Below, piece after piece: positions 37,140 to 46,745 of a stretch of DNA of 60,725 bases. Origin of the DNA: a virus (Duplodnaviria > Caudoviricetes); IMG/VR virus record IMGVR_UViG_3300036985_003137, positions 1-60,725 of that record; one strand, 5' to 3'. The notes beneath the pieces were generated by a model, which saw only the letters and a program-made list of their open reading frames with translations, was not told the DNA's origin and did no database searches. The translations under genes and the position numbers were made by a program. Position 1 is the stretch's first letter. Each line of letters opens with the position of its first letter.

Positions 37140-37956
37140 AATCTATCTTGAGCTTTTACAAATGGTTCTACAAGATGGGGATGAAGTTACAACTAGAAAT
37201 AGTGAATGCTACTCCCACTTTAATTTACCTAATGTAACATTTACTGAGTTTCCTTTAGTTACTCTTCGTAAAACTGCAGCAATGAAATCTATTAAGGAAA
37301 TGGAATGGTTTCTTAGTGGTAAAGCAGAATGTCCTACAGAGTTACTTGATTGGTGGTCTGGTCAGTTAGATGCGTTTAATAACTTAATAAATGGGTACTC
37401 TATTCAGTTTAGACATTCAACTAGCTACATGGATAATGAATCAACTCTTTTTGATCAAGTTGAATTTATCCATAACGCTTTAAAAACAAATCCAAATAGC
37501 AGAAGATTAGTAATGTCTGTATGGAACCCTGGAGAAATGGCAGATATTGTTACTGCTAATAATAACCCTAACACACCCACCTGTTGTCATTCCATTGTAG
37601 TGCAGTTCTTTGTTCGTTCAGGACATCTTCATATGAAGACATACCAACGTTCAGCAGACATGCTATTAGGGGTACCACACAACTGGGCACAGTCTTGGGC
37701 AATGTTAATGTACTTTGCTAAACAATCAGGATTAGAAGTAGGCTCAATGACATGGATGTGGGGAGATGCTCATATTTATAAGGAACAAAGTCATCTTGAT
37801 ACTATTAACCAGTTATTAAACACATCTAAAGATCTATCAGGTCACCCAATTTCATTAGTATATTCCAATACATCAGAAGAGTTTAGTGCATCAGACTTTA
37901 AGATTTCAGGTATTATCCCTGACCCTGTAGTAACAATTAGACCAAAACTGTTGTAA
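37120..37956 (+). CDS. thyA: thymidylate synthase
   Basis: FPLVTLRK, EMEWFLSG, SRR..WNP, PTCCH, YQRSADMLLGVPHN, GDAHIY; probable ATG 37120 after GGAG. Confidence 0.9.
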   Translation: MTTRADKIYLELLQMVLQDGDEVTTRNSECYSHFNLPNVTFTEFPLVTLRKTAAMKSIKEMEWFLSGKAECPTELLDWWSGQLDAFNNLINGYSIQFRHSTSYMDNESTLFDQVEFIHNALKTNPNSRRLVMSVWNPGEMADIVTANNNPNTPTCCHSIVVQFFVRSGHLHMKTYQRSADMLLGVPHNWAQSWAMLMYFAKQSGLEVGSMTWMWGDAHIYKEQSHLDTINQLLNTSKDLSGHPISLVYSNTSEEFSASDFKISGIIPDPVVTIRPKLL

Positions 37957-37962
37957 AGAATC

Positions 37963-38196
37963 ATGGCTATTTCTTATCAGGATATTTCAAATCGTTTAAA
38001 TGTAACAAAGAAACAGGTGGAAATGGCAGTCTATAGTGGAATGCTTCCTCCACCTTCTAACATAGATAAGTGGGATTCACATCATGTTGAATTCTATATT
38101 AACGAATGGGCTGCTAAATTAGCTAGAGCTAATCCTAAAGCAGATAATAAATGTATTACTTACGGAAATTATACATTTCCAAGACATCAAAGATGA
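37963..38196 (+). CDS. AlpA/Xis-like winged HTH protein
   Basis: DISNRLNVTKKQV....SG.LPPP...W. Confidence 0.6.
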   Translation: MAISYQDISNRLNVTKKQVEMAVYSGMLPPPSNIDKWDSHHVEFYINEWAAKLARANPKADNKCITYGNYTFPRHQR

Positions 38197-38224
38197 CATC
38201 ATCTGAATTAGGGGAATTACTAGA

Positions 38225-39214
38225 ATGAGTTCAAATATTAATGATAGAAGGCTGATTGAAGGCCCTAAGAATAACTTAATGGCAGTTCGTCCAACTAAAC
38301 ATACCTGGGCTATGAAGGTTCTTGAGAAGATGCAGAATAATGCATGGGATCAACGAGAGATTGATTTAACAGATGACGCTAAACAATATGCCACAGGACA
38401 GTTAGTTGATGGAAATCTCAAAGCATACAAAAAAGCTCTAGCATTTCTATCTAATTTAGATGGGATTCAACTTAATAATCTCACAACAAATATTGGGAAA
38501 TATATTACCTCACCTGAAGTATCCATGTGTGTGGTTAGACAAGCATGGGAAGAAGCACAGCACGTATTAAGCTATGCTCAAATGATTGAGTCTATTGGAT
38601 TTGATCCAGATGAAGTGTACTGGATGTTTGAGACGGATGAAGTACTTGCAGAAAAAAATAAATACATCACGGAATCTTCAGAGATTCTTGGTAAAGGTTT
38701 TACGCCAGAGAACTTCGTTAAGGCAGTGGTTGCTAATATCGCGTTGGAGGGCGTTTATTTCTTCAATGGGTTCTTAGTGTTCTACACATTAGAACGACAA
38801 AACCTTATGCGAGGAAGTGCCAATATGATTAGGCAAATACAGAAGGATGAAGAAACCCATCTAGTATTGTTTATTAATATGTGGAATACACTAAGACAAG
38901 AACGTCCTGAATTGTTCACCAAAGAACTCCTTGAGGATTGTAGAGATATTATCAAACTTGCTGCAGAACATGAGATTGCATGGGGTAAGTGGATTATTTC
39001 CGAAGGTGTGCTAGGACTGTCTGACCTTGTAATTGAGGATTTTATACGAAACCTTGCAGATATGCGCTTGGAATCCATTGGATTAGATAAAATATATAAT
39101 GTAAAAACATCATGCCCTTGGTTCTTTGAAGTCAGCAATGTAAACATGGGTGATACGAACTTCTTTGAAGGGAAGCCATCAAACTATGAAAGTGGTAGTT
39201 TAGACTGGGATTAA
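38225..39214 (+). CDS. nrdB: class I ribonucleotide reductase beta subunit
   Basis: Diiron ligands LD, EAQH, LEG..FF.GF, DEETH; radical Tyr in HVLSY; C-terminal NFFE...Y. Confidence 0.92.
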   Translation: MSSNINDRRLIEGPKNNLMAVRPTKHTWAMKVLEKMQNNAWDQREIDLTDDAKQYATGQLVDGNLKAYKKALAFLSNLDGIQLNNLTTNIGKYITSPEVSMCVVRQAWEEAQHVLSYAQMIESIGFDPDEVYWMFETDEVLAEKNKYITESSEILGKGFTPENFVKAVVANIALEGVYFFNGFLVFYTLERQNLMRGSANMIRQIQKDEETHLVLFINMWNTLRQERPELFTKELLEDCRDIIKLAAEHEIAWGKWIISEGVLGLSDLVIEDFIRNLADMRLESIGLDKIYNVKTSCPWFFEVSNVNMGDTNFFEGKPSNYESGSLDWD

Positions 39215-39218
39215 AATC

Positions 39219-39410
39219 ATGTTTATATTATTTGTAATGGTATACACACTGCATGGTCATACCAAGATTCTCACTACAGAGTTTCCCACGATGGACGTAT
39301 GTATAAAAGCTAAAGACCAATTAATGCATAACGCTATGGTCAGCACCATTAAGTGTAGACAACAGGCTCAAAGACCTCTAACAAGCATTCGTACTTTAAA
39401 AGGGAAATAA
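39219..39410 (+). CDS. hypothetical protein
   Basis: 63 aa, hydrophobic N-terminus, EF.TM..C...C pattern. Confidence 0.55.
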   Translation: MFILFVMVYTLHGHTKILTTEFPTMDVCIKAKDQLMHNAMVSTIKCRQQAQRPLTSIRTLKGK

Positions 39411-39417
39411 TATACGT

Positions 39418-39588
39418 ATGATATTACTAAAAGTAAGTCACCTCGCTAAAGCATTAAGTATGTCCCGCAATCAAATTAACTATGTTCTACATCGTGAAAA
39501 AATTAAACCCGTAGAATATCGAAATACCTACACAGGACTTACAGGCTTTTACGACCTGGATCAAGTTGCGTCCGCTATTAAACCGTAG
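39418..39588 (+). CDS. 56-aa MerR/Xis-like HTH protein (not in ORF track)
   Basis: MILLKVSHLAKALSMSRNQINYVLHREKIKP...FYDLDQV. Confidence 0.6.
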   Translation: MILLKVSHLAKALSMSRNQINYVLHREKIKPVEYRNTYTGLTGFYDLDQVASAIKP

Positions 39589-39605
39589 ATTATTGAGGCC
39601 ATTAA

Positions 39606-39818
39606 ATGTCAGCTAAACATATCAAGGCATATGAACAAGTACGAGCTATAGCAGATACCTCTGGATACGTTGCTAAAACTATTGAAATTTGGAATACACC
39701 TATTAATAAGCCTAGTACTGATCAAGGAATCTCGTTTAGTGAAGTATTAAATGAGTTGATTGCAACTGAAAAAGCCAAAGAATTAATCACTAAAACAATT
39801 GGAGAAGATATTGACTAG
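39606..39818 (+). CDS. hypothetical protein
   Basis: GAGG RBS; operon strand. Confidence 0.6.
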   Translation: MSAKHIKAYEQVRAIADTSGYVAKTIEIWNTPINKPSTDQGISFSEVLNELIATEKAKELITKTIGEDID

Positions 39819-40110
39819 ACTTAATTGCATCAATGAGGTACCTAACACCCACACAACACTCAATGGTCTTTCCATTGACTTAAATGTCAACAGAGATTGT
39901 TTGAGAAGTAAAATGGTAGTGGCTAAAGTAATTCCGAAAGGGCTTGTGTACATTAAAGGATATAAAACTAATCTATATCTAAAAACAGATTTACTTTTTT
40001 TATATAGCTTTGATTTTACAGGATACGTTAGACATTCAACAGATTCTATCAATAATGAGCACCCATTTTCAAACCAATTAGCTTCTAAATTTATTCGAAA
40101 TATAAGATGA
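39799..40110 (+). CDS. hypothetical protein, start uncertain
   Basis: Fills gap on operon strand; ATGA overlap with next gene. Confidence 0.45.
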   Translation: MEKILTRLNCINEVPNTHTTLNGLSIDLNVNRDCLRSKMVVAKVIPKGLVYIKGYKTNLYLKTDLLFLYSFDFTGYVRHSTDSINNEHPFSNQLASKFIRNIR

Positions 40111-40364
40111 ATAAACATAAGTACCCTTATCAAAACTACACTAAGTATTGCCAAGTAGGAGCACACTATGTTAATCACCTAGTTAAACGATACTACATCA
40201 CTACTAAAGATAATAACGAAGGTAGTCCTATAAGGGTATCTAAATTAAGCTATATTTGTACACAATGCGCTGAGTATGCAGAATCTTGGTCATTAACCCT
40301 TAAACGTACTCGGATTGAAATTGTAACCCGAACACTTTTACAACACCCCAACTTACATAACTAA
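40107..40364 (+). CDS. small putative Zn-binding protein
   Basis: CQVGAH...CTQC. Confidence 0.55.
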   Translation: MNKHKYPYQNYTKYCQVGAHYVNHLVKRYYITTKDNNEGSPIRVSKLSYICTQCAEYAESWSLTLKRTRIEIVTRTLLQHPNLHN

Positions 40365-40376
40365 CTAGAGAACACT

Positions 40377-40775
40377 ATGCCACAAGAAATCTTAGATTTA
40401 ATCAAAGCTGTAAACACCTATCGCTTAGAACAAGAAGCACTTCATGATGGAATTACATTAAAAGAATTCGTAAATATGATGAACAAAGCAGAAGAGAAAC
40501 AAGAAAAACCTAGAGTTAAATGTAATAAAGCAGCATGTAAGCCAAGCACTCAATATGTACAGAACATTGGGTCATACAAAGTAGTAAGTATGGATGGCAC
40601 AGTCACCGCATTAGATATTGCAGCTACAGATTTAGTACAAGTTGGTAAGGATACAATCAAATTAGTATGGCCACATACAGTATCCGTCTTTACAACTATT
40701 TCAGAAGAAGAATCAGGATCTAGCTATATCAGCCAAGCAGAGTTTGTTAATCTTGCTGAGTTTTGCTTAAGCTAG
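40377..40775 (+). CDS. hypothetical protein
   Basis: 132 aa, followed by terminator. Confidence 0.65.
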   Translation: MPQEILDLIKAVNTYRLEQEALHDGITLKEFVNMMNKAEEKQEKPRVKCNKAACKPSTQYVQNIGSYKVVSMDGTVTALDIAATDLVQVGKDTIKLVWPHTVSVFTTISEEESGSSYISQAEFVNLAEFCLS

Positions 40776-40794
40776 GTTTAAAACACTCCTATAG

Positions 40795-40827
40795 CCTCGA
40801 ATGTAGAAATATGTTCGAGGTTTTTTT
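40795..40827 (+). terminator. intrinsic terminator
   Basis: CCTCGAATGTA-GAAA-TATGTTCGAGG then T7. Confidence 0.85.
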
Positions 40828-40864
40828 ATACCCAAAAATTACTATATAAACTCAGGACAATACA

Positions 40865-41854
40865 ATGACGTTATTACAAACAATTCAATTATTAGGCTGC
40901 GCTCACAAAGCTAATATCGCTGCATGGCTCCACGGGGCCCCAGGGATAGGAAAAACCCAAGCTGTGTATGAGTATGCAGAAAAAGCTGGCTTACCCTTAG
41001 TAAAAGTATTTGCTCCAACTGCTGATTTGATCACCGTTATGGGTGCTTTATCAGTTAACAAAGAAACCAATGAAGCGAGCTTTCTTCCTTTAAATAAATG
41101 GATTACAGATCGTCCTTGTATTGTTTTAATTGATGAATTACCTCAAGCACCCACAGCAATTCAAAATGCATTTTCTGACCTTCTATTAAACAAAACAATT
41201 GGAGATACACAATTACATCCCCAATCATTTATTGTCGCTACAGGGAACCGAAGTGAAGATCGTGCAGGTACAAACCGTATTCCTGCTCATGTAGTAAATA
41301 GATGCTGGCACATGTATCCAGAAACATCTGGAGATGAGTGGTTAGATTGGGCTACAGACCATAACTATGATGAACGCATTATTGGTTTTGGGCATTTCCG
41401 TAAAGACTTACTTCACAACTTTGATCCAAACCAGTCACAGAAACCATATGCTACATTTAGATCATGGAGTATGGTTAATGAAGTACTTAAAGTGGGATTA
41501 CCTGAAGAGTTAATTGGTCAAGCAGCTATGGGTATTGTTGGTGAAGGTCCTGGCTTAGAATTCCATGAGTTCTGTAAATTGAGTAAATCATTACAAGACC
41601 CGCGTCAGTTATTAAAAACACCTGATATCTTTATTCCACCACCAGAACTATCTGGTTTATATGCAATTTCAACTGCATTAGCAATGAATGTTGAGAAAGC
41701 TACTGTAGAGAATTTCTTTACCCTGTTAAAGCAGTTACCAGCTGAATTCCAGGTATTAGCTACTATGACTGCTATTCGTACTAAGGAGATTGTTATTGTT
41801 AAATCTAAAGGTTATTTAGGTTGGGCATCTAAAAATCTAGCTATCCTGATTTAG
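40865..41854 (+). CDS. MoxR-like AAA+ ATPase (N4 gp24-like)
   Basis: Walker A GAPGIGKT, Walker B VLIDE, ATGNR..D, TFRSW. Confidence 0.88.
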   Translation: MTLLQTIQLLGCAHKANIAAWLHGAPGIGKTQAVYEYAEKAGLPLVKVFAPTADLITVMGALSVNKETNEASFLPLNKWITDRPCIVLIDELPQAPTAIQNAFSDLLLNKTIGDTQLHPQSFIVATGNRSEDRAGTNRIPAHVVNRCWHMYPETSGDEWLDWATDHNYDERIIGFGHFRKDLLHNFDPNQSQKPYATFRSWSMVNEVLKVGLPEELIGQAAMGIVGEGPGLEFHEFCKLSKSLQDPRQLLKTPDIFIPPPELSGLYAISTALAMNVEKATVENFFTLLKQLPAEFQVLATMTAIRTKEIVIVKSKGYLGWASKNLAILI

Positions 41855-41887
41855 ACACTGGTTAATGACCCATAAGATTAAACTATT

Positions 41888-42151
41888 ATGGGTTTTTATT
41901 TGAGTACTCATTTTATGTATAAACCTTATTTAGAAGAAAAACACTGTTCATGGTGGTGTGGTCAAGAAGTGGATGTGTATATGTACCATCTTGATCTCTC
42001 CATACGATTAAAAGTAACAGCTAGACTACGACCATACTGTGCAGCTTGTGCAGGATTCTTAATCCAAGATGGTTCAGAATATCATAAACCATTTAAACAT
42101 GACGTGCTTTTAGCTGCTGTAACAAAGGCTATTCTTAATGAGACACTGTAA
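41888..42151 (+). CDS. small Zn-finger protein
   Basis: CSWWC...CAAC. Confidence 0.6.
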   Translation: MGFYLSTHFMYKPYLEEKHCSWWCGQEVDVYMYHLDLSIRLKVTARLRPYCAACAGFLIQDGSEYHKPFKHDVLLAAVTKAILNETL

Positions 42152-42314
42152 TAAACAAGGATGCACTAATCCTGTTGCATGGGCCCACTACTTTGTTAAT
42201 GAACCCAGGCGAGCTAACCTTTGTTATACCTGCCTAACCCCATACTCCCAAAGACATTGCACCCGCACTAAAGAAGAAGCTTGGGCATGTATTATCACTA
42301 GGAAACTACAATGA
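42138..42314 (+). CDS. 58-aa Zn-finger protein (not in ORF track)
   Basis: MRHCNKQGCTNPVAW...LCYTCL...; overlaps both neighbours, ATGA junction at 42311. Confidence 0.6.
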   Translation: MRHCNKQGCTNPVAWAHYFVNEPRRANLCYTCLTPYSQRHCTRTKEEAWACIITRKLQ

Positions 42315-43009
42315 ATATTTATCAGCTATTTAGAGAAGCATCAAACCGAAGTATCTTAAACCGTAAAAAACTATTAGAAATTAGGGAAAAGTATTGTCCA
42401 GACATTCCCGTATCATTCTTAGAAGCACACCGAAAAATATATCACCAACAATTATACTTAAACTATTGGCATCCTGTAGATAGACACGCACCAATATCTG
42501 ATGTTGGTAGTTATATTGATGTGGCTGGAAACATTAAAGCTACAGGAACACGCCTACGTCATGGAGATGAATGGCGTACGATAAGTGTATATCCATTAAG
42601 AGATCCGGATAATAAATCTGCTTTAGCTCATAAATACCGTACAGATAGTGGATTTGCTGAAGTAATAGATATATTTTCAGATAGAACTGTACACCCTGTG
42701 TTTATAAATGAATTAACTATTCCAAAATGGGAACCAAGATCGAAAACTATTTGCATGGATAAACGTACAGACTTTACTAGAAACGTTGAAAGACTGATGA
42801 AATATAGTGTTGTGGTTCTTAGATGTAAGCCTTTAGAAGAAGAGAACCAATATCAATTATGGACATTATCCAGAAAAAATAAAGTCTTTAAGGTTCAAAT
42901 TGCGACCATCATAAATAACTCAATTGGATTAGGTAAAACCCAAAAAGGAAGTAAACGATCTGGCCTTAATAAAAATGCCAAACAGGTTACGGAAAGACTT
43001 GGGGAATGA
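42311..43009 (+). CDS. hypothetical protein
   Basis: 232 aa, AGGA RBS; C-terminal motif shared with 44783 ORF. Confidence 0.7.
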   Translation: MNIYQLFREASNRSILNRKKLLEIREKYCPDIPVSFLEAHRKIYHQQLYLNYWHPVDRHAPISDVGSYIDVAGNIKATGTRLRHGDEWRTISVYPLRDPDNKSALAHKYRTDSGFAEVIDIFSDRTVHPVFINELTIPKWEPRSKTICMDKRTDFTRNVERLMKYSVVVLRCKPLEEENQYQLWTLSRKNKVFKVQIATIINNSIGLGKTQKGSKRSGLNKNAKQVTERLGE

Positions 43010-43013
43010 TGCA

Positions 43014-43220
43014 ATGTCTAGGACCTGTAATACCTGTAGTGCCATCGCAGATGTTGACATCTTTACGCTAACTAATGCGAACCGTCATATTGTTATTCCG
43101 TGCTGTGCTGTGTGCGCTATTAAACTTCACCGTAAACCAAAAAATGAAGCAAGGAATGGTTTTTATCTCCGTAGTGACATGGAGCAAGAACAAGTTCTTA
43201 GAGCTTTATTAAAATCTTAA
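43014..43220 (+). CDS. small Zn-finger protein
   Basis: Probable start MSRTCNTC...CCAVC. Confidence 0.6.
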   Translation: MSRTCNTCSAIADVDIFTLTNANRHIVIPCCAVCAIKLHRKPKNEARNGFYLRSDMEQEQVLRALLKS

Positions 43221-43243
43221 CCTTTCAAATACTGGAAATAAAA

Positions 43244-44374
43244 ATGAGTGACAACAAACATGCAGTTACTGCAATCACCAAAGCACGTGTTCAATTGCTT
43301 TTAGACAATCCATTCTTAGGTACCCTAGCTTTAAGAGCTACATTAGTACAGGTAGCAGATGATGATCCAAGAGCTCCAGCATCAACAGATGGATCTCATG
43401 TGTACTATTCACCAACCTTTTGGTTAGACATGACTCCTAAAGAATGTATAGGTGTACTTGCCCATGAGATTGCTCACAATGCATTACTTCATAGTGCGAG
43501 ATTAAAAGGACGTGACCATGAAAAATTTAACCGAGCTGCTGATTATGCCATTAATGATTTATTAGTTAATACCTTTGGTTATTCATTACCAAAAGACTGT
43601 TTATTAGACAGACAATATTATGACCTATCAGCTGAAGAAATATATATTCGTTTAGATGATGCTGAAAAAACGAACGGTAAATCTCCTACACCTAAGTGGG
43701 GTAATGTAATGCCTACAGCTGGGAATACTCCAGCAGAACAATCAGCTAATGAACAAGCTATGGAGTTAGCAGTAAAAAGTGCTGCTCGTATAGCTAAACA
43801 GAGTGGGAAGATGCCAGGATCTCTAGCTCGTATGCTTGATTTTTTAGAGCCCAAAGTTAATTGGAAAGAAGCACTAAGAGACTTTTTAACTGCTAAGTTC
43901 TCACGAGATGACTATCGTTGGTATCCCTGTGATATGCAGTATTTGCACATGGACATCCGAATGCCTTCATTAACAGGAGAAAAGTTTGGTCCAGTAGCTA
44001 TCTGTATTGATACATCTGGTTCTATTGGTCAAAAAGAATTATCAGAGTTCTTAGCTGAAGTATCAGGCATTCTTGAAGACTGTAAACCAGAAAAAGCATT
44101 GGTAATTTACTGTGATGCGGATGTTAATCATGTTGATGAATTTACAGTAGAGGATTTACCTATTAACCCTAAAATGCATGGAGGTGGAGGAACTGACTTT
44201 AGACCTCCATTTGAGTACCTAGAACAGAAAGGTATCTATCCAGAATGTTTGATTTATCTAACAGACATGTATGGACCATTTCCTGATAAAGAACCAGCAT
44301 TCCCTGTTATATGGGCTAGAACCAGTAAATTAAATGCACCCTTTGGAACCCACATTGATTTGGAGTTTAAATAA
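43244..44374 (+). CDS. metallopeptidase-vWA protein (DUF2201-like, N4 gp25-like)
   Basis: HEIAH zincin motif, N.AAD.AIN, MIDAS DTSGS, GGGGTDFRP, YLTD. Confidence 0.88.
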   Translation: MSDNKHAVTAITKARVQLLLDNPFLGTLALRATLVQVADDDPRAPASTDGSHVYYSPTFWLDMTPKECIGVLAHEIAHNALLHSARLKGRDHEKFNRAADYAINDLLVNTFGYSLPKDCLLDRQYYDLSAEEIYIRLDDAEKTNGKSPTPKWGNVMPTAGNTPAEQSANEQAMELAVKSAARIAKQSGKMPGSLARMLDFLEPKVNWKEALRDFLTAKFSRDDYRWYPCDMQYLHMDIRMPSLTGEKFGPVAICIDTSGSIGQKELSEFLAEVSGILEDCKPEKALVIYCDADVNHVDEFTVEDLPINPKMHGGGGTDFRPPFEYLEQKGIYPECLIYLTDMYGPFPDKEPAFPVIWARTSKLNAPFGTHIDLEFK

Positions 44375-44376
44375 CC

Positions 44377-44790
44377 ATGAGTACACGATCTAACATCGCA
44401 GTAGAACACTGCAACGGAACAGTTTCCGATATTTACTGCCACTCCTCTGGATATCTATCTGTAGTAGGGTATACACTTTTTAAATATTGGCAGTCAACAA
44501 GTAAACTACGTTCTTTAAAAGCACTTGGAGATATATCTTCACTGGGAGATAACCTTGAGGATACACAGGCATACCATCGTGATAGAGGAGATGAATTCTC
44601 TCCAGCACGAACTCATGCAACAGTTCAGGATTATATTAACAAGTCTGAGGGTTCCCTATATCGTAGTGATTGGGGATATGAGTATCTTTACCTATTTAGT
44701 CGTAAAGAAGGCTGGATGGTCAAAGTATATGATCAAGCATGGAGACCACTATATTTAGCTCTTGTTGAGGAGAGATTAACTGATGTCTAA
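44377..44790 (+). CDS. conserved hypothetical phage protein
   Basis: MSTRS.I...IYCH..GY...VG..L...GDISSL...AYHRDRG...EYLYLF. Confidence 0.75.
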   Translation: MSTRSNIAVEHCNGTVSDIYCHSSGYLSVVGYTLFKYWQSTSKLRSLKALGDISSLGDNLEDTQAYHRDRGDEFSPARTHATVQDYINKSEGSLYRSDWGYEYLYLFSRKEGWMVKVYDQAWRPLYLALVEERLTDV

Positions 44791-45670
44791 GCATAAACGA
44801 ATAAACCCTGCATATGTAAAAGGTGTTAATAGTGAAGCATGGATCTTAGCAGGTAAGTGTAAAAGAGAGAATCTTAACTACAACGAAATGATAGTGTTAG
44901 CTAAAACGCAATCAGATGATCGTGGTCCTTTAGCACACGATACTGATGCTGCTAGACGGGAAATTGGATATCGTTCTGGACCATCTGGCTCAGACCGAAA
45001 TACTAACCTAAGAAGAAAGATAGCAGAACGCCTTCCAATTAGGGCCACATTAAAAAACCTTCCCTTTTACTTACGTCACTCATATACCCAAGTAGTCGGA
45101 TATGATTCAGGAACCACATACATTCCAAATAGATCTTATAATAATTGCCGTGATAATTATGAATATCATCCCATCGATGATATGAAAGCTACTCTTCACA
45201 GTAAGCGCACACGTCTTATGCAGTCCAGTATGGAAGGCTTAATACGATGGGTAGATACAATTGGAAGAACTAAGTGTGAATTTGTTGTAACCCCATCATT
45301 TGAAGGATTTTCCTTTAAGGTTAAAACAGGTGCTGTAGGTAATAAATTACCCACTACTAAGTATTATGACTCATTAGGAATTATAGTTAGAGCCCCTAAA
45401 GAGTTTTTTGATCAACAATTCTGGGGATTTGGAGATCATTTAGTAGTTCGTGTGTTAGATAAGTATGAGAATGATGATGGTATTACTATTCTTAAAACAC
45501 TTAGCTGTGACAGAGAAAACCTGTATGCACTAGAAAGTCCTACTATTTTAAAAGAACGATTCTATGTACACAAAGATTCTATGAGAGGCACAGGGCTAAC
45601 AGAACATGCAGCTATTAGATCACTTCAATACTATATGGGTAAAGCAGTAACATTTGCTTTAGGGGCCTAA
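44783..45670 (+). CDS. hypothetical protein
   Basis: 295 aa, GAGGAG RBS. Confidence 0.7.
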   Translation: MSKHKRINPAYVKGVNSEAWILAGKCKRENLNYNEMIVLAKTQSDDRGPLAHDTDAARREIGYRSGPSGSDRNTNLRRKIAERLPIRATLKNLPFYLRHSYTQVVGYDSGTTYIPNRSYNNCRDNYEYHPIDDMKATLHSKRTRLMQSSMEGLIRWVDTIGRTKCEFVVTPSFEGFSFKVKTGAVGNKLPTTKYYDSLGIIVRAPKEFFDQQFWGFGDHLVVRVLDKYENDDGITILKTLSCDRENLYALESPTILKERFYVHKDSMRGTGLTEHAAIRSLQYYMGKAVTFALGA

Positions 45671-45696
45671 TATCAAAACTATAGGATATTAACACA

Positions 45697-46020
45697 ATGA
45701 CTCCATTAGAAGAATTGGAGCTACAGGCATATGAAGTAATGAATATATTAACAGGACTGCCTACAAGGGAGTCCTTAAGGGCAGCATACCTAAGGTTTAA
45801 TTTTAGTCGTGCCTTAGTTGCTGATCATTTTCAAATCACACCTCAAAGATTAAATTCCATTAAAAAGAAGTTATTAGGAGATGAGAAATTACCCTCTGGT
45901 CCTTCATATATTCGACAATGGAATGAAGTTAAATGGTATACCAAATCCTATCCTACATGGACTCATGTACCTGCAAGTGATAAACCAAGACATTTGTCTG
46001 AATACAAATATCATCAATAG
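45697..46020 (+). CDS. putative HTH DNA-binding protein
   Basis: SRALVADHFQITPQRL. Confidence 0.55.
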   Translation: MTPLEELELQAYEVMNILTGLPTRESLRAAYLRFNFSRALVADHFQITPQRLNSIKKKLLGDEKLPSGPSYIRQWNEVKWYTKSYPTWTHVPASDKPRHLSEYKYHQ

Positions 46021-46028
46021 GAGAAAGA

Positions 46029-46745
46029 ATGATTGCTTATGAAGGTCCAAGTTTAATCAATGGTGACCCCATTGCACTAATTTTAACCAGTAATTCTATT
46101 AATATCAAAACAGGTACGATGATCCAATCTTGGATTATTCCTGTAAAAGACAATGTCTTGGTAAATGATGAAGCTGTATGTGGTGATTGTATAATGCGAG
46201 AAGGAGCATGCTATGTAACAAAGGTATTTGCTCCTAGTAATGTTCAAAAATCTTATAGAGCAGGCAAATACAAAGCCTTTCAATCAAGTGACCTTCGTCA
46301 TGAAATACTTCGTATTGGTAGCTGGGGAGATCCTGCAGCAGTACCTGCAGATATCTGGCTTAATTTATTACGCCGTACTCAGCTATCAGATAAGTACACA
46401 GGATACACACACCAATGGCGTACTTGTGATCCAATATTTGCTACCTTTTGTATGGCTTCAGTAGAGACACTAGAAGACGCTAAATTAGCACAATCTATGG
46501 GATATTCAACATTTAGAGTTAAAGAGGCATATGAGCCAAAACAACCTAATGAAACACTATGCCTAAACCAGACAATAGGGATTACATGTAAGCAGTGTCT
46601 ATTATGTAATACTTCATCAGGGGACATTGCTATTGATGTACATGGTACAAATCGAACAGTAAACAAATATAGAGAAATTAGATTATCTCTATCTACCACT
46701 GAGAGGACAGATGACACAAGTCATATTAACAAAGGATCAGACTGA
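46029..46745 (+). CDS. Cys-rich conserved phage protein (possible Fe-S enzyme)
   Basis: N.KTG.MIQ.W, CGDC...GACYV, RIGSWGDPAAVP, TGYTHQW, C...CKQCLLC...VHG. Confidence 0.65.
   Translation: MIAYEGPSLINGDPIALILTSNSINIKTGTMIQSWIIPVKDNVLVNDEAVCGDCIMREGACYVTKVFAPSNVQKSYRAGKYKAFQSSDLRHEILRIGSWGDPAAVPADIWLNLLRRTQLSDKYTGYTHQWRTCDPIFATFCMASVETLEDAKLAQSMGYSTFRVKEAYEPKQPNETLCLNQTIGITCKQCLLCNTSSGDIAIDVHGTNRTVNKYREIRLSLSTTERTDDTSHINKGSD

Noticed and set aside
36710-37956. 2-aminoadenine (Z) or hydroxymethyl-dC DNA modification pathway
   Set aside because: No PurZ in the window; ThyA keeps the dUMP-specifying Asn (GVPHN); a DUF5664-like gene alone is insufficient
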